64,000 nucleotides of DNA from positions 64,001 to 128,000 of the forward strand of contig CAWALK010000011.1 in the NCBI GenBank assembly GCA_963782915.1. The letters are read 5' to 3'. Under the pieces are notes generated by a model. It did no database searches. It was not told the origin of the DNA and saw only the letters and a program-made list of their open reading frames with translations. Source of the stretch: an uncultured archaeon (GTDB lineage: Archaea; Thermoproteota; Bathyarchaeia; Bathyarchaeales; Bathycorpusculaceae). Shown here one piece after another: positions 1-11,058 of this stretch; the first letter of the stretch is position 1; each line of letters opens with the position of its first letter. The position numbers were made by a program, and so were the translations under genes.

Positions 1-63
1 TCGCTTGTTCCCAAAGTTTACTAATCGCTTAAAAGGCGACAAAAAAGCCAAAAGTGAAAGCAA

Positions 64-426
64 ATGAAAGGCACCGATCACTACGCAGAATTCTTAGGCA
101 TCAAAGTCTTCGAAGCTAAAGATGGCTACTGCAAAGTAACCATGAAAGTGGAGAAGAACCATACGAACGCTTACGGTTTTACGCATGGCGGCGTCGTGTT
201 CTCTGTTGCGGATTACGCGTTTGCGCAGGCATGTAATTTCGGCGATAATGTGGCGGTTGCGTTGCAGGTCAGTATAAACTTTTTCAAGCCGACTGTGGAA
301 GGCGATGTTTTGACGGCTGAAGCGGTTCGGATGTCTGATGGCAAAACCACTGGGCTATACCAAGTTACGGTGCGCAAAGAGGAGAAGACGGTGGCGTTTT
401 TCTCTGGTGTGGCTTACAAAAAATAA
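64..426 (+). CDS. PaaI-family hotdog-fold thioesterase
   Basis: 120 aa with the N-x-x-G-x-x-HGG-x-x-FSVAD motif (NAYGFTHGGVVFSVADYAF) typical of PaaI/PaaD thioesterases. Confidence 0.9.
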   Translation: MKGTDHYAEFLGIKVFEAKDGYCKVTMKVEKNHTNAYGFTHGGVVFSVADYAFAQACNFGDNVAVALQVSINFFKPTVEGDVLTAEAVRMSDGKTTGLYQVTVRKEEKTVAFFSGVAYKK

Positions 427-468
427 TAATTCGGCACCAAGCGGAAGACTACGGATTTATTCATATTC

Positions 469-3074
469 TCATTTAGCTGGTAGTTCAACAGTGAATTTTG
501 TTCCTTTACCCACTTTGCTTTCAAAAGAGATTGTTCCACCTTGAGCTTCTATGACTCTTTTGCAGACAGCTAAACCAAAACCTTGACCTTTAGATTTAGT
601 GGTGAATAGAGGCGTAAAGATTTTATCCTTAATCTCCTCAGGTATGCCTGTGCCGGTGTCTTCTACGATAATTTGGACCTTACCTTGATTGCTACTCTGG
701 CTTTTACTGTTAGTTCTCCGCCATCGGGCATGGCTTGCACTGCATTGGTTACTAAGTTGATTAGAACTCTTTTCAGCAGTTGTGGGTCGGCTTTTGCTAA
801 CAATTTTTCTTCAACTTTGACATGTTGACTTGGATATTATTTGGGATATCCGTCTGTGCAAAGAGCGCAGTAATTAGCGGTTTTAGGCTAAAAATCTGCA
901 TTTGGGCTTCAACTGGCTTTACAAAAGTCTGTAAATCAGAAACAATTTTGTCCATATAGCCAACTTGCTCTTCTATGACTTGAATGCTTTCTTGCAGACA
1001 ACTCTTATTTTCACCATCTGGTAATAAACTCCAATTCGTTTTTCGCCAAATACACTTCGCCAGTGATTGATTGCAAGGGGTTACGCAAATCATGCCCAAC
1101 CATCCCCGCGGTCTGACCAATAGTAGCCATACGCTCTTTATCTTGAAGCTGTTCTTCCAACGTCTTTTTCTCAGTAATGTCCTCATGCATCATAACTATG
1201 TGGTTGACTTCACCGCGCCCATTTTTAATAGGATAAATAACACTACTTAGCCACCTTTTTCTACCCTTACCAAAAGCATCAGGTTCCAAAGAAGCATCAA
1301 ACTCTTTTTCTCCAACAAGAACTGTTTCTCCAGCATAGGCTCGTTTAATCAACTCAGCCCACCCAGTTTCAATAATTTGTTTACTCTGCAAGATATTATA
1401 TTTTCCAACAACATACTCCCGTGGAATTTGCCATAATTTATCCCAAGCAGGACTAACTTGAACCATCAAACCATTTTTGTCATAGAGCTCAAAAACAACT
1501 GGCGACTGCTCAATCATATTTTGGAATTTCTCTTCGCTTTCCCTCAATGCCTCTTCAGCTTTTTTGCGCTCAGTAATATCTCTAAAAAGAATCCAACTTG
1601 ACCTTTAGCGTATGAAAAGAAGTAAGAGTCATACCATTTATCGGAATATTTGTTGTAAGCTTCACGATGGGTTGATTTTCCGGTTTTAATCACCTTGCCG
1701 CTTAAAAGAGCAATTTCTGGTTCAAGTTCAGGCGCAACTTCGCTTGCTATTTTACCCAAAACATCCTTTGCTTTAGCACCCGTTTGACGCTCATAAGCAG
1801 AGTTTAGTTTCAGAAAAACGAAAATCACACGCTTTACCTTTTACGTCTAATATTGGCTCAAGAAGCATGAAACCATCTTCACTATTATCAAACAATATAC
1901 GATACAATTGCTCGCTTTCCCTAAGAGCTTGCTCTACTTTTTTGCGTTCAGTTATGTCACGGTCAATACCTCTATAACCGATCAAGTTGCCTTTTTCGTC
2001 TTCAATTGGGACTCCGCTTGTTTCAAGCACGACCTTATTTCCCATTTTTATGAACAGCCAAATTCTCTAGATTATGAAGGGGCGTTTTGTTTTTTGCAGT
2101 TTCAACAAAAACACGTGTCATTTTGGCTATTTCATCTTTGGGCATTAAGTCAAAGGGTGTTTTGCCAAGCACTTCTTCAGGTTCATACCCCAGAATCTCT
2201 TTCACTTTTGGGCTAACATAAGTGTATACTGCATTTTCGTTTATTTGCCAAATCCAATCGCTTGTGCTTTCAACTAATCCTCTGAATCTTTCTTCGGAGT
2301 CTTTGCAATCTAATTCTATTTTTTTCCGTTCGGTTATATCGATAAATGAGGCTATCCAATATTTTTCATTCGTTGATGGAAACAATTGTAGCTGACATAT
2401 TAGCATAAAATTTGGTTCCGTCTTTTTTGAGTAAAATAACTTCTTGGTCATGAAATGAGCCTTTTGAGGAGAGTTCGCATTCGATCATTGGTATTTGCCC
2501 ATATTCTCAATCCTATCGTTGTTTTGTTAAGAACCTCATTTCTGGAGTACCCAAATAATTTTAGAGCGGCATTATTAACGTCAACAATAGCGCCATCCTT
2601 TAGGCGTGTTAATGTTACTGCAAAGGGACTTCCTTCAAAAACCTTTGAAAACTTGTCTTCCGATAAACGTAAAGCTTCTTCGGCTTGCTTACGGTCGGTT
2701 ATATCTTCGAAAATGGCAACTGCCGCCGTAACTTCCCCTTTTCCATTTCTAATAGGCTTGGCAGAGCCAGCTGTAATTACTAGTGAACCATCCTGACGCT
2801 CTATTATTATTTCAGCTTGAGCCTCTTTTCCAGTTAGCAAAGCTATGCTTGCTGGAAGCTGCTGGGGCGGATAAACGTCGCCGTTTAGGGTTAGAAGCTT
2901 CATTAGTTTAGTTGAGTGGTCGGGCATTTCGAGTCCGCATGGATCGGCTCCGAAAAGTTGTATAGCGTGGTCATTAGCGTAGATTGTTCTGCCATTCTCT
3001 TTTTCGATTACAATGACGCCTGCGGGGATTGATCCCACTATGGCTTCTAAGGCTTCTCTACTTAATTCATCCAT
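469..3074 (-). CDS. Multi-PAS sensor histidine kinase, split by several frameshifts
   Basis: Consecutive minus-strand ORF pieces (3074-2448, 2451-2035, 2045-1791, 1828-1544, 1547-1011, 1186-797) encode PAS/PAC units (…EDITDRKQAEEALR…, …DITERKKVEQALRESE) and the H-box GMVGHDLRNPLQ. The HATPase tail, read by hand, is PLFTTKSKGQGFGLAVCKR…ELPAK* with the stop at 469-471. Confidence 0.85.
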
Positions 3075-3415
3075 AAGCTTTCGCTTGCCCGTTGGAGCAA
3101 CTTTTTAGCCCAAAATTCAATATTGCGTAGCACTTTTGTGCTTGATTACTGGATATATGTTTGGAGTTGTTTTAGATTTATATTTAATTGCTTTTATACT
3201 TTTCAATGCAGTGGATAACATGCTCGGTTAAGTTTGTGATGGGCAGAACAAAGTTAGGTAGGTGTATGAGGGCATCTTTGTGTTTACCGTAGATTAGGAT
3301 TTGGGGCGGTTTGTTTTTTTAGTAGTCGATAATGGCAGGATCCCTTTACTCATCAGCTACGTGTGGGCTTGGTATGACAGTTTAGGGAGGGTTAGCTGCG
3401 ATTTTTTACTATAGG

Positions 3416-3503
3416 CCCTTATTTAAAGCAGTATATGGAAAAGTATGCGCACACTGCCCGGGGGTTTGTTGCTTTGCCAGCTACCCCCCTCCCCCTATAA
3501 ATA
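3416..3503 (-). repeat. Dispersed intergenic motif, copy 1
   Basis: Minus strand CTATTTATAGGGGGAGGGGGGTAGCTGGCAAAGCAACA…CTTTAAATAAGGG; matches the copies at 30374 and 38833. Confidence 0.65.
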
Positions 3504-3616
3504 GGAAAAACCGACCGAATAGCCCCCATACAAGGCAACGCTAACAAACCAGAACAAAAAAAGCAAAGATAGAACCAACAAGATTTTTATTCAAGACTCC
3601 ACCTAGAAGTCACGAT

Positions 3617-3692
3617 GCTGGGGTGGCCGAATCGCTGAGGCGGTAGCCTGCAGAGCTGCTCTATATGGGTTCAATTCCCATCCCCAGCTCCA
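3617..3692 (+). tRNA. tRNA-Cys(GCA), intronless, CCA encoded
   Basis: Acceptor stem GCTGGGG/CCCCAGC, anticodon arm GTAGC-CTGCAGA-GCTGC, T-arm ATGGG-TTCAATT-CCCAT, discriminator U followed by CCA. Confidence 0.93.
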
Positions 3693-4167
3693 ACGTACAC
3701 ATTGAGTTTCTCAAGAACTTCTGGCGAGTATTCTTTAGGTTGAGTCTGTATCTGCTCCTGTTTCTGGCGCATTTTCTCTTTGAAGTCCTCAAACATTGCT
3801 TATTTCCCGTCTGCATACTTTCGACACCCAGAAGAAAAGACAACTAAGCGAGTTAACTCTCAAGACAACACAAAACAAGACAACAAGTAACTTGCATTAC
3901 CGGCAAGCAGACAAAAAATTAATGGAAGATTAAGTTAAAAAAGTAAAAAGGGTAATGAGTTATGCTCTTTTCTTGCGCGGTATAGCATCAGCATTTTGTG
4001 TGCTTAGCACAGAATCCACTATAAATGACAGATTCACCTATAACAATCGGTTTTCCGCACTTACCACAAAAAATCACACCGTCTCTATGCAAACAGATGA
4101 GATCATGCTTTTGAACCAAAAAAGAGGTAGCCATCAGAGTCCTCCAAAAAAAAGAAAAGGGGTAGTT

Positions 4168-6724
4168 TTATGGTCGTTTTCTCTGCATGAGTATAATCAG
4201 TGCGCCTACGAGGAGGATAACAACAATGATGGCTATGACTGCTGGTAAGAAGTATTGATCCGCAATGCTGACTGGCTGGCTTGCCTGAGTTGGAGCTACG
4301 GTTGCTGCTGGTTCATCAACTGCGAAGGTTGTAGTTGCCTGTGATGGGTAATATGATTCACTGCCGTCGAAGGTTACGTAGACTGTGTATTTGCCTGCGA
4401 TGTCTGGTGTCCACTGAAGGCTGTAGGAGCCTGTGGCGTCTGAAGTTGTGGTTCCGATTGTGCGGTAGTTACCGTTAGCGTCCAGGACGTTTATGGTCAC
4501 TGAGACACCTGTTGCGTTTGTTGGCTTAACCTGCTGCATGTATGCGTATTCCATCCACGCTTCCATGCTATCCTCAGATACAGCTGGAAGTCCGTCTGAA
4601 AAGCGTGTTGTGATTATGTCCTGTGTTGTGCCGCCAGATTTGTCCATTACTGTACCCTCTAGTAGTACGCTGCTGCCCTGTACCGAAACCTTCGGAGATG
4701 CTGAAACTGTGGTGACAGTTGGTCCCTTGCCGAAGCTGTATATCTGGTTGTCAAAACTGTTCCATGAAATCAAGTAGCCGTCGCCTATAGGACCACCAGC
4801 TGTAGAGCTGTACTGTAATACTTTCCATACTAGAGTTCCGTCAGTGGTGTTTATGGCAATTCGGTAGGCTGGATGTAATGGCACGGTGTACATAACTCCT
4901 TGTGAGAGGAATAGTTTTCCATCTGATATACTATGTCGATTGTAGCCGAAAATTGGATAGCTTTCGAAGGGAGTGTCGTAGCCAGCGTTTCCAGCAAAGA
5001 ATGTCCACGCGATATTTCCTGTTTTAAGGTCGATGGCAGTTACGTAGCCGCCGAGGTCAAAGATGTAGACTTTGCCGTAAGCAATTTCACCATCACGCCA
5101 AACGGCACTGTCGCCGCCTCCTTTCAGTTGAGTTGGACCCCATACCATTTGACCGGTTGTTAGACTGTAGCCCCACGCTTTATTCTCATCCTTGTTATGC
5201 ATTACGTAGTAGCCTTCGCGCGCGCATAATACACTTGTGTCTTCATATGCGGGTAGTGTTTGGTTTATTGGTCCCCACAGTTTAGCGCCTGTCTTTGCAT
5301 CGTAGCCTGCGACGTATTGATAGCCCAAAGTGACTCCTTGATACATAACCGATCCGGGCACTTGACGCATAAGTATTACTTCAGGGGTTACTGCAGATAT
5401 GCTGAGAGTGATGTTGTCACCGTTGAATGTAGTTGGAAGCCGCGTGCTCCACTCAGTCATGCGGGGATCAGAGCCGTTAACGGTACCGGTTGCGCGAATG
5501 AATGCGCTGCCTGAGGTATTTATCAATTTGGTGTAGTTGTACATGCTTAGATTGCCACCTGAAACGTAGTAGCCGACTATTCCTCCTTCAGTGTCTGTCG
5601 ATGATTCAGCGCTCTGAATTAGCTTGCTTGTACTGATAGCATTAGTAACGTTTTCCAAAAAGTTTCCAGTATATGCATCGTATATTCCGAACCAGTTCGC
5701 TCCAGTGGAGAAGGCCCCGCCGGCTGACGGCGAACTATATAGGAATGCATTTGATCCGTACTCCTGATAGTTATCGTAGTTGATTATTTGACCCCATGCA
5801 ATTGTCTCGGCGCCTGATTTACCCGCAGGTTTGTCCCACAGTACGTTCTCCTGTGCGAACGTCTACAGCTCTCCAGCCTAACAAGTTTGAATTTGGACTA
5901 CCGTCATATACATTGTAATAGAGTATTCCGTTGAGGATACATATTGGGTGAAAGTACGTTTGAATCAGTGAGATCGAACTGTAAGTGGCGGATGTATCGC
6001 TGGTGATTGGGAATCCTGGTTGGCCTCCGAATTGGGTTGCTTTCGTCCACATGATATGTGCAGAGTTTGGTGCTGTACCATTCGCCTGGACACTTCCGCT
6101 AGCATCGTATCCGCCAGAACCACCTAATCCAAACCAGTTAGCCCCTACTGTTCCCCAATTCCAGTTAGTCCCATATATTGGGCGCATCCAGTATTCAGTT
6201 GGAAGAGCAGGAGTCACATATTTTGGTGTTACTGGGTCTTGCTGTACTGTCAAAGTCTTTATATTGCTTTCAGATGGCAACATTTTGCTTCCAAGCAGAT
6301 TTCGATTACTGGTGCTGATGGTAGGATTACCTGGATTGTAGCCTTTTAATACTTGTCCAGGATAAAAGGCTTGCAAAGTGTAATTGCCAAGTTTATCGGG
6401 TGTAAAGCTATAAACTACGCCTGCGACTGGGCTTGCCACGTATGGTCCAGAAGTGGTTGTAACTCCGGTAGGGTCTGTAATTTCGAGGGTTATGCCTTCA
6501 TAGAGATCGCCTGTGTAACCCGCACCTGTGGGTGTAGGTCTGCTGAAAGTGATGCCGACATAAACGATTTGGCCAACGCCAACAGGGTCAGGTGAAGCGG
6601 TTACAAATAAGAAGGTTGGAGTGTCGTATGCTTGTGAAGGGGCAAGAGTAATCATAGCAGATAATGTCAATAGCAGAATTAAAGCAATAGTAAAAAATTT
6701 CGTTTTTTCATGCAAAATTTTCAT
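4168..6724 (-). CDS. Secreted, C-terminally anchored PQQ-binding-like beta-propeller protein (one frameshift near 5845)
   Basis: Signal peptide, PQQ-like blades (AIDLKTGNIAWTF, AYDAKTGAKLWGP-type), Ig-like C-terminal domain, TM helix ending KRP. Paralogue of 25991-28552. Confidence 0.85.
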
Positions 6725-6746
6725 TTCTCCATAATTTTATTTTAGT

Positions 6747-6820
6747 CTATAATAATACAGACATCTTTTGTATCCAATTTAGCGCTAATATAATTTTGTC
6801 TTAATACTGTAATAATACAG
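6747..6820. promoter_or_regulatory. Pair of palindromic operator-like sites CT(A/G)TA-ATAA-TACAG
   Basis: CTATAATAATACAG at 6747-6760 and CTGTAATAATACAG at 6807-6820, 60 bp apart, upstream of the beta-propeller gene and between it and the TrmB gene. Confidence 0.5.
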
Positions 6821-6978
6821 AAAACCGTAAACTTGAAAGTCTTACCGAATGGTGACATTCTTGCTTAAAGATACGGATGTTAAGTTTCTAGATAAGATTG
6901 GACCAATAGATATCATAGCAAGCTATCGTTAGTTAATTTAATATACCAAATCTAACGATAAGAGAATAGGAGATTTTT

Positions 6979-7797
6979 TTGCAAAATTTTGAAAATGTGA
7001 TGGATGCAAAAAAACTGCGCTCTACAAAGAACGAAGGTTTACAATATTTAATGCAGCTTGGCCTAACACGGATGCAGGCCAACATATACCTTAATCTTTT
7101 GCTTTATGGCAAAGCTGAAGCTCGCATTATCGCACACTGGACAGGCTCCCCAAGAACAGAAGTCTACAGAGCATTAAATGAACTTCAGGAAAACGGTTTA
7201 GTTGATAGAGAATTAGGTTGCCCGTTAAAATTCACGGCGGTGCCGCCCACCCTGGGGTTACAAGCCTTTATCGACACCAAAATCCATGATATCGACCAAA
7301 TGCAAACAATTTTGAAAAAATTTTCACTCGAGTTCGAAAGCAACCAAGAGCTGAACTCAGAAAGAGAATATAAGATAATTTCAATCGAAGGGAGGAGAAG
7401 AATTATAGCGAAAATCAAGCAGCAGCATGACGCTGCTAAATTATCCGTAGATGTTATATCATTTTTACCAAGATTTCTCTACATTGCTAATCAATGCATG
7501 GAAAATTATAGCAACGCCGTAGAAAGAGGTGTAAAATACAGAATAATCCTCGGAGTGCCTAACGACTCGCAAGACCTGCCCCTTGAAATAAAAGAAGCGC
7601 ATAACAACGAAAACACTAAAGTAAAAAAAGTTGTTGGATGTCCCCGACTGAACTCAGTGATTTTTGACCAAGAACAAATGAACTTCAGCTACTACCCCGA
7701 TAGAGGTATTGCAGAATCACCATTAATACTAACAAATCATCCATGTCTGGTTGGTTTTGCAGTAAACTCATTTCAAAGAACTTGGGATTCACTTTAA
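6979..7797 (+). CDS. TrmB-family transcriptional regulator
   Basis: N-terminal wHTH (LGLTRMQANIYLNLL…RTEVYRALNELQENGLV) followed by a PLD-like effector domain (AVERGVKYRII…IFDQEQ). Confidence 0.85.
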   Translation: MQNFENVMDAKKLRSTKNEGLQYLMQLGLTRMQANIYLNLLLYGKAEARIIAHWTGSPRTEVYRALNELQENGLVDRELGCPLKFTAVPPTLGLQAFIDTKIHDIDQMQTILKKFSLEFESNQELNSEREYKIISIEGRRRIIAKIKQQHDAAKLSVDVISFLPRFLYIANQCMENYSNAVERGVKYRIILGVPNDSQDLPLEIKEAHNNENTKVKKVVGCPRLNSVIFDQEQMNFSYYPDRGIAESPLILTNHPCLVGFAVNSFQRTWDSL

Positions 7798-8036
7798 GCG
7801 CATTAATGTAGCGCACACTTGTTTATTGCGCACGGCCTAAACTCGTATGTTCTTCAAAGCAGCACTTAGCAGAAATTTACTGCGCTATGCTACAAATTGA
7901 CCTTCATTCACTTTCACCAAACCCTCTACTTCCATAGAATGTCGGTTCTGCATTTGTTTTAAATGCAAATTAGCCGATGCTTGTGCCTGACGGATGTTCA
8001 ATGAGAAAGCTCAGACTGTTTGGAGGCTTAGGATGC

Positions 8037-8219
8037 ATGGGCAAGACTGTTGCTTCTTACCGTATAGCAATAGAATGGGAAATTGCCCATTGGAAACGAT
8101 TCAGAAATACACTGCCAAGCGAGGAGCAGAAGCAGGCTTTTGATGGAGTCGGAAAAACAGATAGCCGCTCTATTCGATGCGGGAATAGTCAGGTTATAAC
8201 TTGGAGACAAATTAAATGA
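8037..8219 (+). pseudogene. Truncated member of the small archaeal 'MG(R/K)TxPS(F/Y)R' protein family, normally found near polB2
   Basis: MGKTVASYRIAIEWEIAHWKRFRNTLPSEEQKQAFD resembles the N-terminus of this family, and similarity stops after about 36 aa. Family assignment is from memory. Confidence 0.45.
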
Positions 8220-8827
8220 GTGAGAATTATAGTCGAGCAGACCGCCTTTTCATTTTGGCGAATGTCTGCAAACAAAACAACATTAACCCAGATAGCCCAA
8301 CGTACATGGGGCTTATTATTCGAGTGGCTACAAGTAAACTGAAAATCTCAATCGATACGGCAAAAGAGTACGCTGAAGCCCTGAGCTCTGCCTATAGAGC
8401 CGACAAATGGGAAACTATTGCTCGAAAGCAGGAAACTGCACCCGAAACAGAGGAAGACACTGAACCCGAAGAAGAGGTTAAAGCCGCTACATTAAACGCT
8501 CTCAAAAACCTCTCCAGTCAACCATCCGAACCAGTAAAACGGATAGGACCAAAACCGACTATTGATGCAGAGTACACACCTAAAACCCTTACACAGCGTC
8601 TTATTGACTTAGCCAAAGCCAATGACTTCAATGGAGTGGGCAAATTAACTTTGGCTCAAGCAAGGCATGAACTGAGCGATAACAGTTTGCAACTTAACGA
8701 CTTAATCGACCTGTTGGAGCAGTATGCCCCCGCTGTCATTGTGGAGTCTAGACCAGGCAATCTGCTACTATTGCACTTCCCAAAGAAGAAGATTAAAGTG
8801 GTTCCAGCGACTCCACGTATGGAATAA
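8216..8827 (+). CDS. Hypothetical protein
   Basis: 203-aa ORF with ATGA overlap with the upstream ORF, two domains joined by an acidic linker, ending 8 bp before attR. Confidence 0.6.
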   Translation: MSENYSRADRLFILANVCKQNNINPDSPTYMGLIIRVATSKLKISIDTAKEYAEALSSAYRADKWETIARKQETAPETEEDTEPEEEVKAATLNALKNLSSQPSEPVKRIGPKPTIDAEYTPKTLTQRLIDLAKANDFNGVGKLTLAQARHELSDNSLQLNDLIDLLEQYAPAVIVESRPGNLLLLHFPKKKIKVVPATPRME

Positions 8828-8835
8828 CGCTTGCG

Positions 8836-8851
8836 CCCATCCCCAGCTCCA
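8836..8851 (+). repeat. attR-like copy of the tRNA-Cys 3' end
   Basis: CCCATCCCCAGCTCCA identical to 3677-3692. Confidence 0.75.
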
Positions 8852-8981
8852 TCTTTAAATTATGCGCTTTTTGCCGATGATTCGGATTAACGACTTTTCA
8901 ATCGATGAGTTTTAGTTAAGAACCTGTTTATCTCATAACGCTTAATTCGCAGAAACCGCCTTATAATATCCCGTTCAAGAT

Positions 8982-10022
8982 TTGAATAAGATTTTTGAGG
9001 AGCAACAATTGGCTCTAAAACAATTAATCATAACATCAATTGTAATAGTCGTCATAATCACGATAGTAACTGCCTTGATAATCTATATCAATCCTCAAAC
9101 TCCAGCCCACCAAGAACAACCTGAATCGGTAACAGTTGGGGCAGAACCAAGTCAAGTAAACACGTTGCTCTTCATTGCTCAAAGCATAAACTTTTTCCCT
9201 GAAAGCGGCCTCAACGTAACCGTAAAACAGTATGATTCAGGCTCATCAGCCCTCAACGGCATGGTAAACGGCGAAGTAAACATAGCCATGTCAAGCGAAT
9301 TTGCGGTTGTAAGCAAAACATTAGCTGGCTCAAACATAAGCATCTTTGGCACCGTTGACAGGTTCCAGCAAATCTACGTAGTCGCCCGCAGAGATAGGGG
9401 TATCCAAAATATAACGGATTTAGCCAACAAAACTGTGGGGTTAACGATTGGTACTTCAGCGGAGTTCTTTTTGGGCAGGTTCTTGGAACTAAACAACATG
9501 AACCTATCACACGTAAAAAGAGTCAATACGCAACCCAGCAGCATCGTTGATGCCTTAACAAACGGAACGGTGGATGCAGTCGTTACGTGGCAACCATACA
9601 TTAGCCAAATAGAAAACCGTATGGGCGATGAAATTGTGAAATGGCAAGCGCAAGGCGGGCAGCAAATATACAGTGCTGCAACCGCTACAACCAATTGGAT
9701 AAATAGCCATAACGGTACAGTTGTCAAATTCTTAGATGCTATAGCGCAAGCTGAAGATTACTTATACAGCAACCTCATAAGTGCAAAACAAATAATAGAA
9801 AACAGATTCAACTATTCATCAGGATACATTGATTCTACGTGGTCAGATCATCAATTTACACTTTCACTTGACCAGTCACTTATTCTTATAATGGAAGACG
9901 AAGCAAGATGGCTAATAGCCAACAACTTGACAAATGCCACCATTATTCCTAGCTTTCAAAATTACATCTATGTTGGAGGCTTAACGCAAGTTAAACCCAA
10001 CTCAGTAACCATCGTGGGGTGA
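8982..10022 (+). CDS. NrtA/SsuA/CpmA (NMT1-like) substrate-binding protein, N-terminal TM anchor
   Basis: TM anchor plus periplasmic-binding fold motifs (GLNVTVKQY…SG…AL, DLANKTVG…GTSAEFFL, VDAVVTWQPY). The real start is probably TTG at 9009. Confidence 0.88.
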   Translation: MNKIFEEQQLALKQLIITSIVIVVIITIVTALIIYINPQTPAHQEQPESVTVGAEPSQVNTLLFIAQSINFFPESGLNVTVKQYDSGSSALNGMVNGEVNIAMSSEFAVVSKTLAGSNISIFGTVDRFQQIYVVARRDRGIQNITDLANKTVGLTIGTSAEFFLGRFLELNNMNLSHVKRVNTQPSSIVDALTNGTVDAVVTWQPYISQIENRMGDEIVKWQAQGGQQIYSAATATTNWINSHNGTVVKFLDAIAQAEDYLYSNLISAKQIIENRFNYSSGYIDSTWSDHQFTLSLDQSLILIMEDEARWLIANNLTNATIIPSFQNYIYVGGLTQVKPNSVTIVG

Positions 10023-10029
10023 GCTAAAA

Positions 10030-11049
10030 ATGAAGCTGAGAAAGAGCAAGAGAATCTTGACAACGAGTTTAGTAGCAGTGATCATTGTAGTTTTAATTGT
10101 TGCAGGAACCCTCATTTACCTAAACATCAATAATCCAGCCACTTCAAACCTTGAACAGGTATCTGTAACCGATGTCCAAGTTGTATTTTCTTCAATACTC
10201 TACGTCGCTGAAGAACAAGGATACTTCACTCAAAATGGTCTTAACGTGACTTTCCCCAAGTACCCCACTTCAGAGGCTGGATTTATTGACCTATCCAACG
10301 GCAAAGTTGATTTTGTCCAATCCTCGGAGTACCCAATCGTTAGAGCAGTATTTGACAACAGAGATATAGCGGTAGTCGCAACCATCGATAAAGCTGATTT
10401 AGTAAACCTCATCGGCCGCAAGGACCACGGTATAGAGGACATTTCGGATATTGTAGGAAAAAGAATAGGTGTCGGAAAAGGAACAATCAGAGAATTCTAC
10501 CTTGGCAGGTATCTTGACCTAAATGGGATGAGCATCCAGGATGTAACTATAGTTAATCTTTCACTGCAAGAATCCGTAAATGCAGTAGCAAACGGCACCA
10601 TTGATGCAGTAGTAACACCTGACACCGTATGGTATAACCGAGTTATGGCAGAGTTGGGCAGCAACGGCGTGGCCTTTCCGATTCAGGCTGGGCAACCTGT
10701 CTTTACTGAGCTTGTATGCAGAAGCGATTATATAGCAAACCATTCAGAAACGATAACTAAACTTTTAAGAGCACTTAACATGGCTGAAGAGTTTATTATT
10801 AATCACCCTGCAGAGTCGCAGGTTATAGTGGAAAAACGATTAAATTTTACAAACGCTGATTTAGGTTGGGAGCATTACCGCTTTTCGCTTTCGCTTGACC
10901 TGCCTCTTCTTACGGCTATGCGTGATGAAGCTCAATGGATGGTTAACAACAAACTGACCAACCAAACGCAGATCCCTGACTTTACTAATTACATATACAC
11001 AGATGCTCTCAAGTTAGTAAAGCCCGATTCAGTAACTATTAATGGGTAG
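10030..11049 (+). CDS. Second NrtA/SsuA-like substrate-binding protein
   Basis: Paralogue of the upstream gene (YFTQNGLNV…DIVGKRIG…FSLSLDLPLLTAMRDEAQW). Confidence 0.88.
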   Translation: MKLRKSKRILTTSLVAVIIVVLIVAGTLIYLNINNPATSNLEQVSVTDVQVVFSSILYVAEEQGYFTQNGLNVTFPKYPTSEAGFIDLSNGKVDFVQSSEYPIVRAVFDNRDIAVVATIDKADLVNLIGRKDHGIEDISDIVGKRIGVGKGTIREFYLGRYLDLNGMSIQDVTIVNLSLQESVNAVANGTIDAVVTPDTVWYNRVMAELGSNGVAFPIQAGQPVFTELVCRSDYIANHSETITKLLRALNMAEEFIINHPAESQVIVEKRLNFTNADLGWEHYRFSLSLDLPLLTAMRDEAQWMVNNKLTNQTQIPDFTNYIYTDALKLVKPDSVTING

Positions 11050-11058
11050 GAAGTTAAT

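Larger units (their letters stand above)
3677..8851. mobile_element. Putative tRNA-Cys-integrated element or remnant (attL 3677-3692, attR 8836-8851)
   Basis: Exact 16-bp direct repeat CCCATCCCCAGCTCCA equal to the tRNA 3' end. No integrase is recognisable inside. Confidence 0.6.

Noticed and set aside
3416-3503. Dispersed G-string motif as an origin recognition box (ORB)
   Set aside because: No TCCA…GAAA inverted core, no cdc6/orc1 nearby, and the copies are not clustered.
3661-3847. 60-aa ORFs overlapping the tRNA
   Set aside because: They overlap tRNA-Cys, which explains the sequence.
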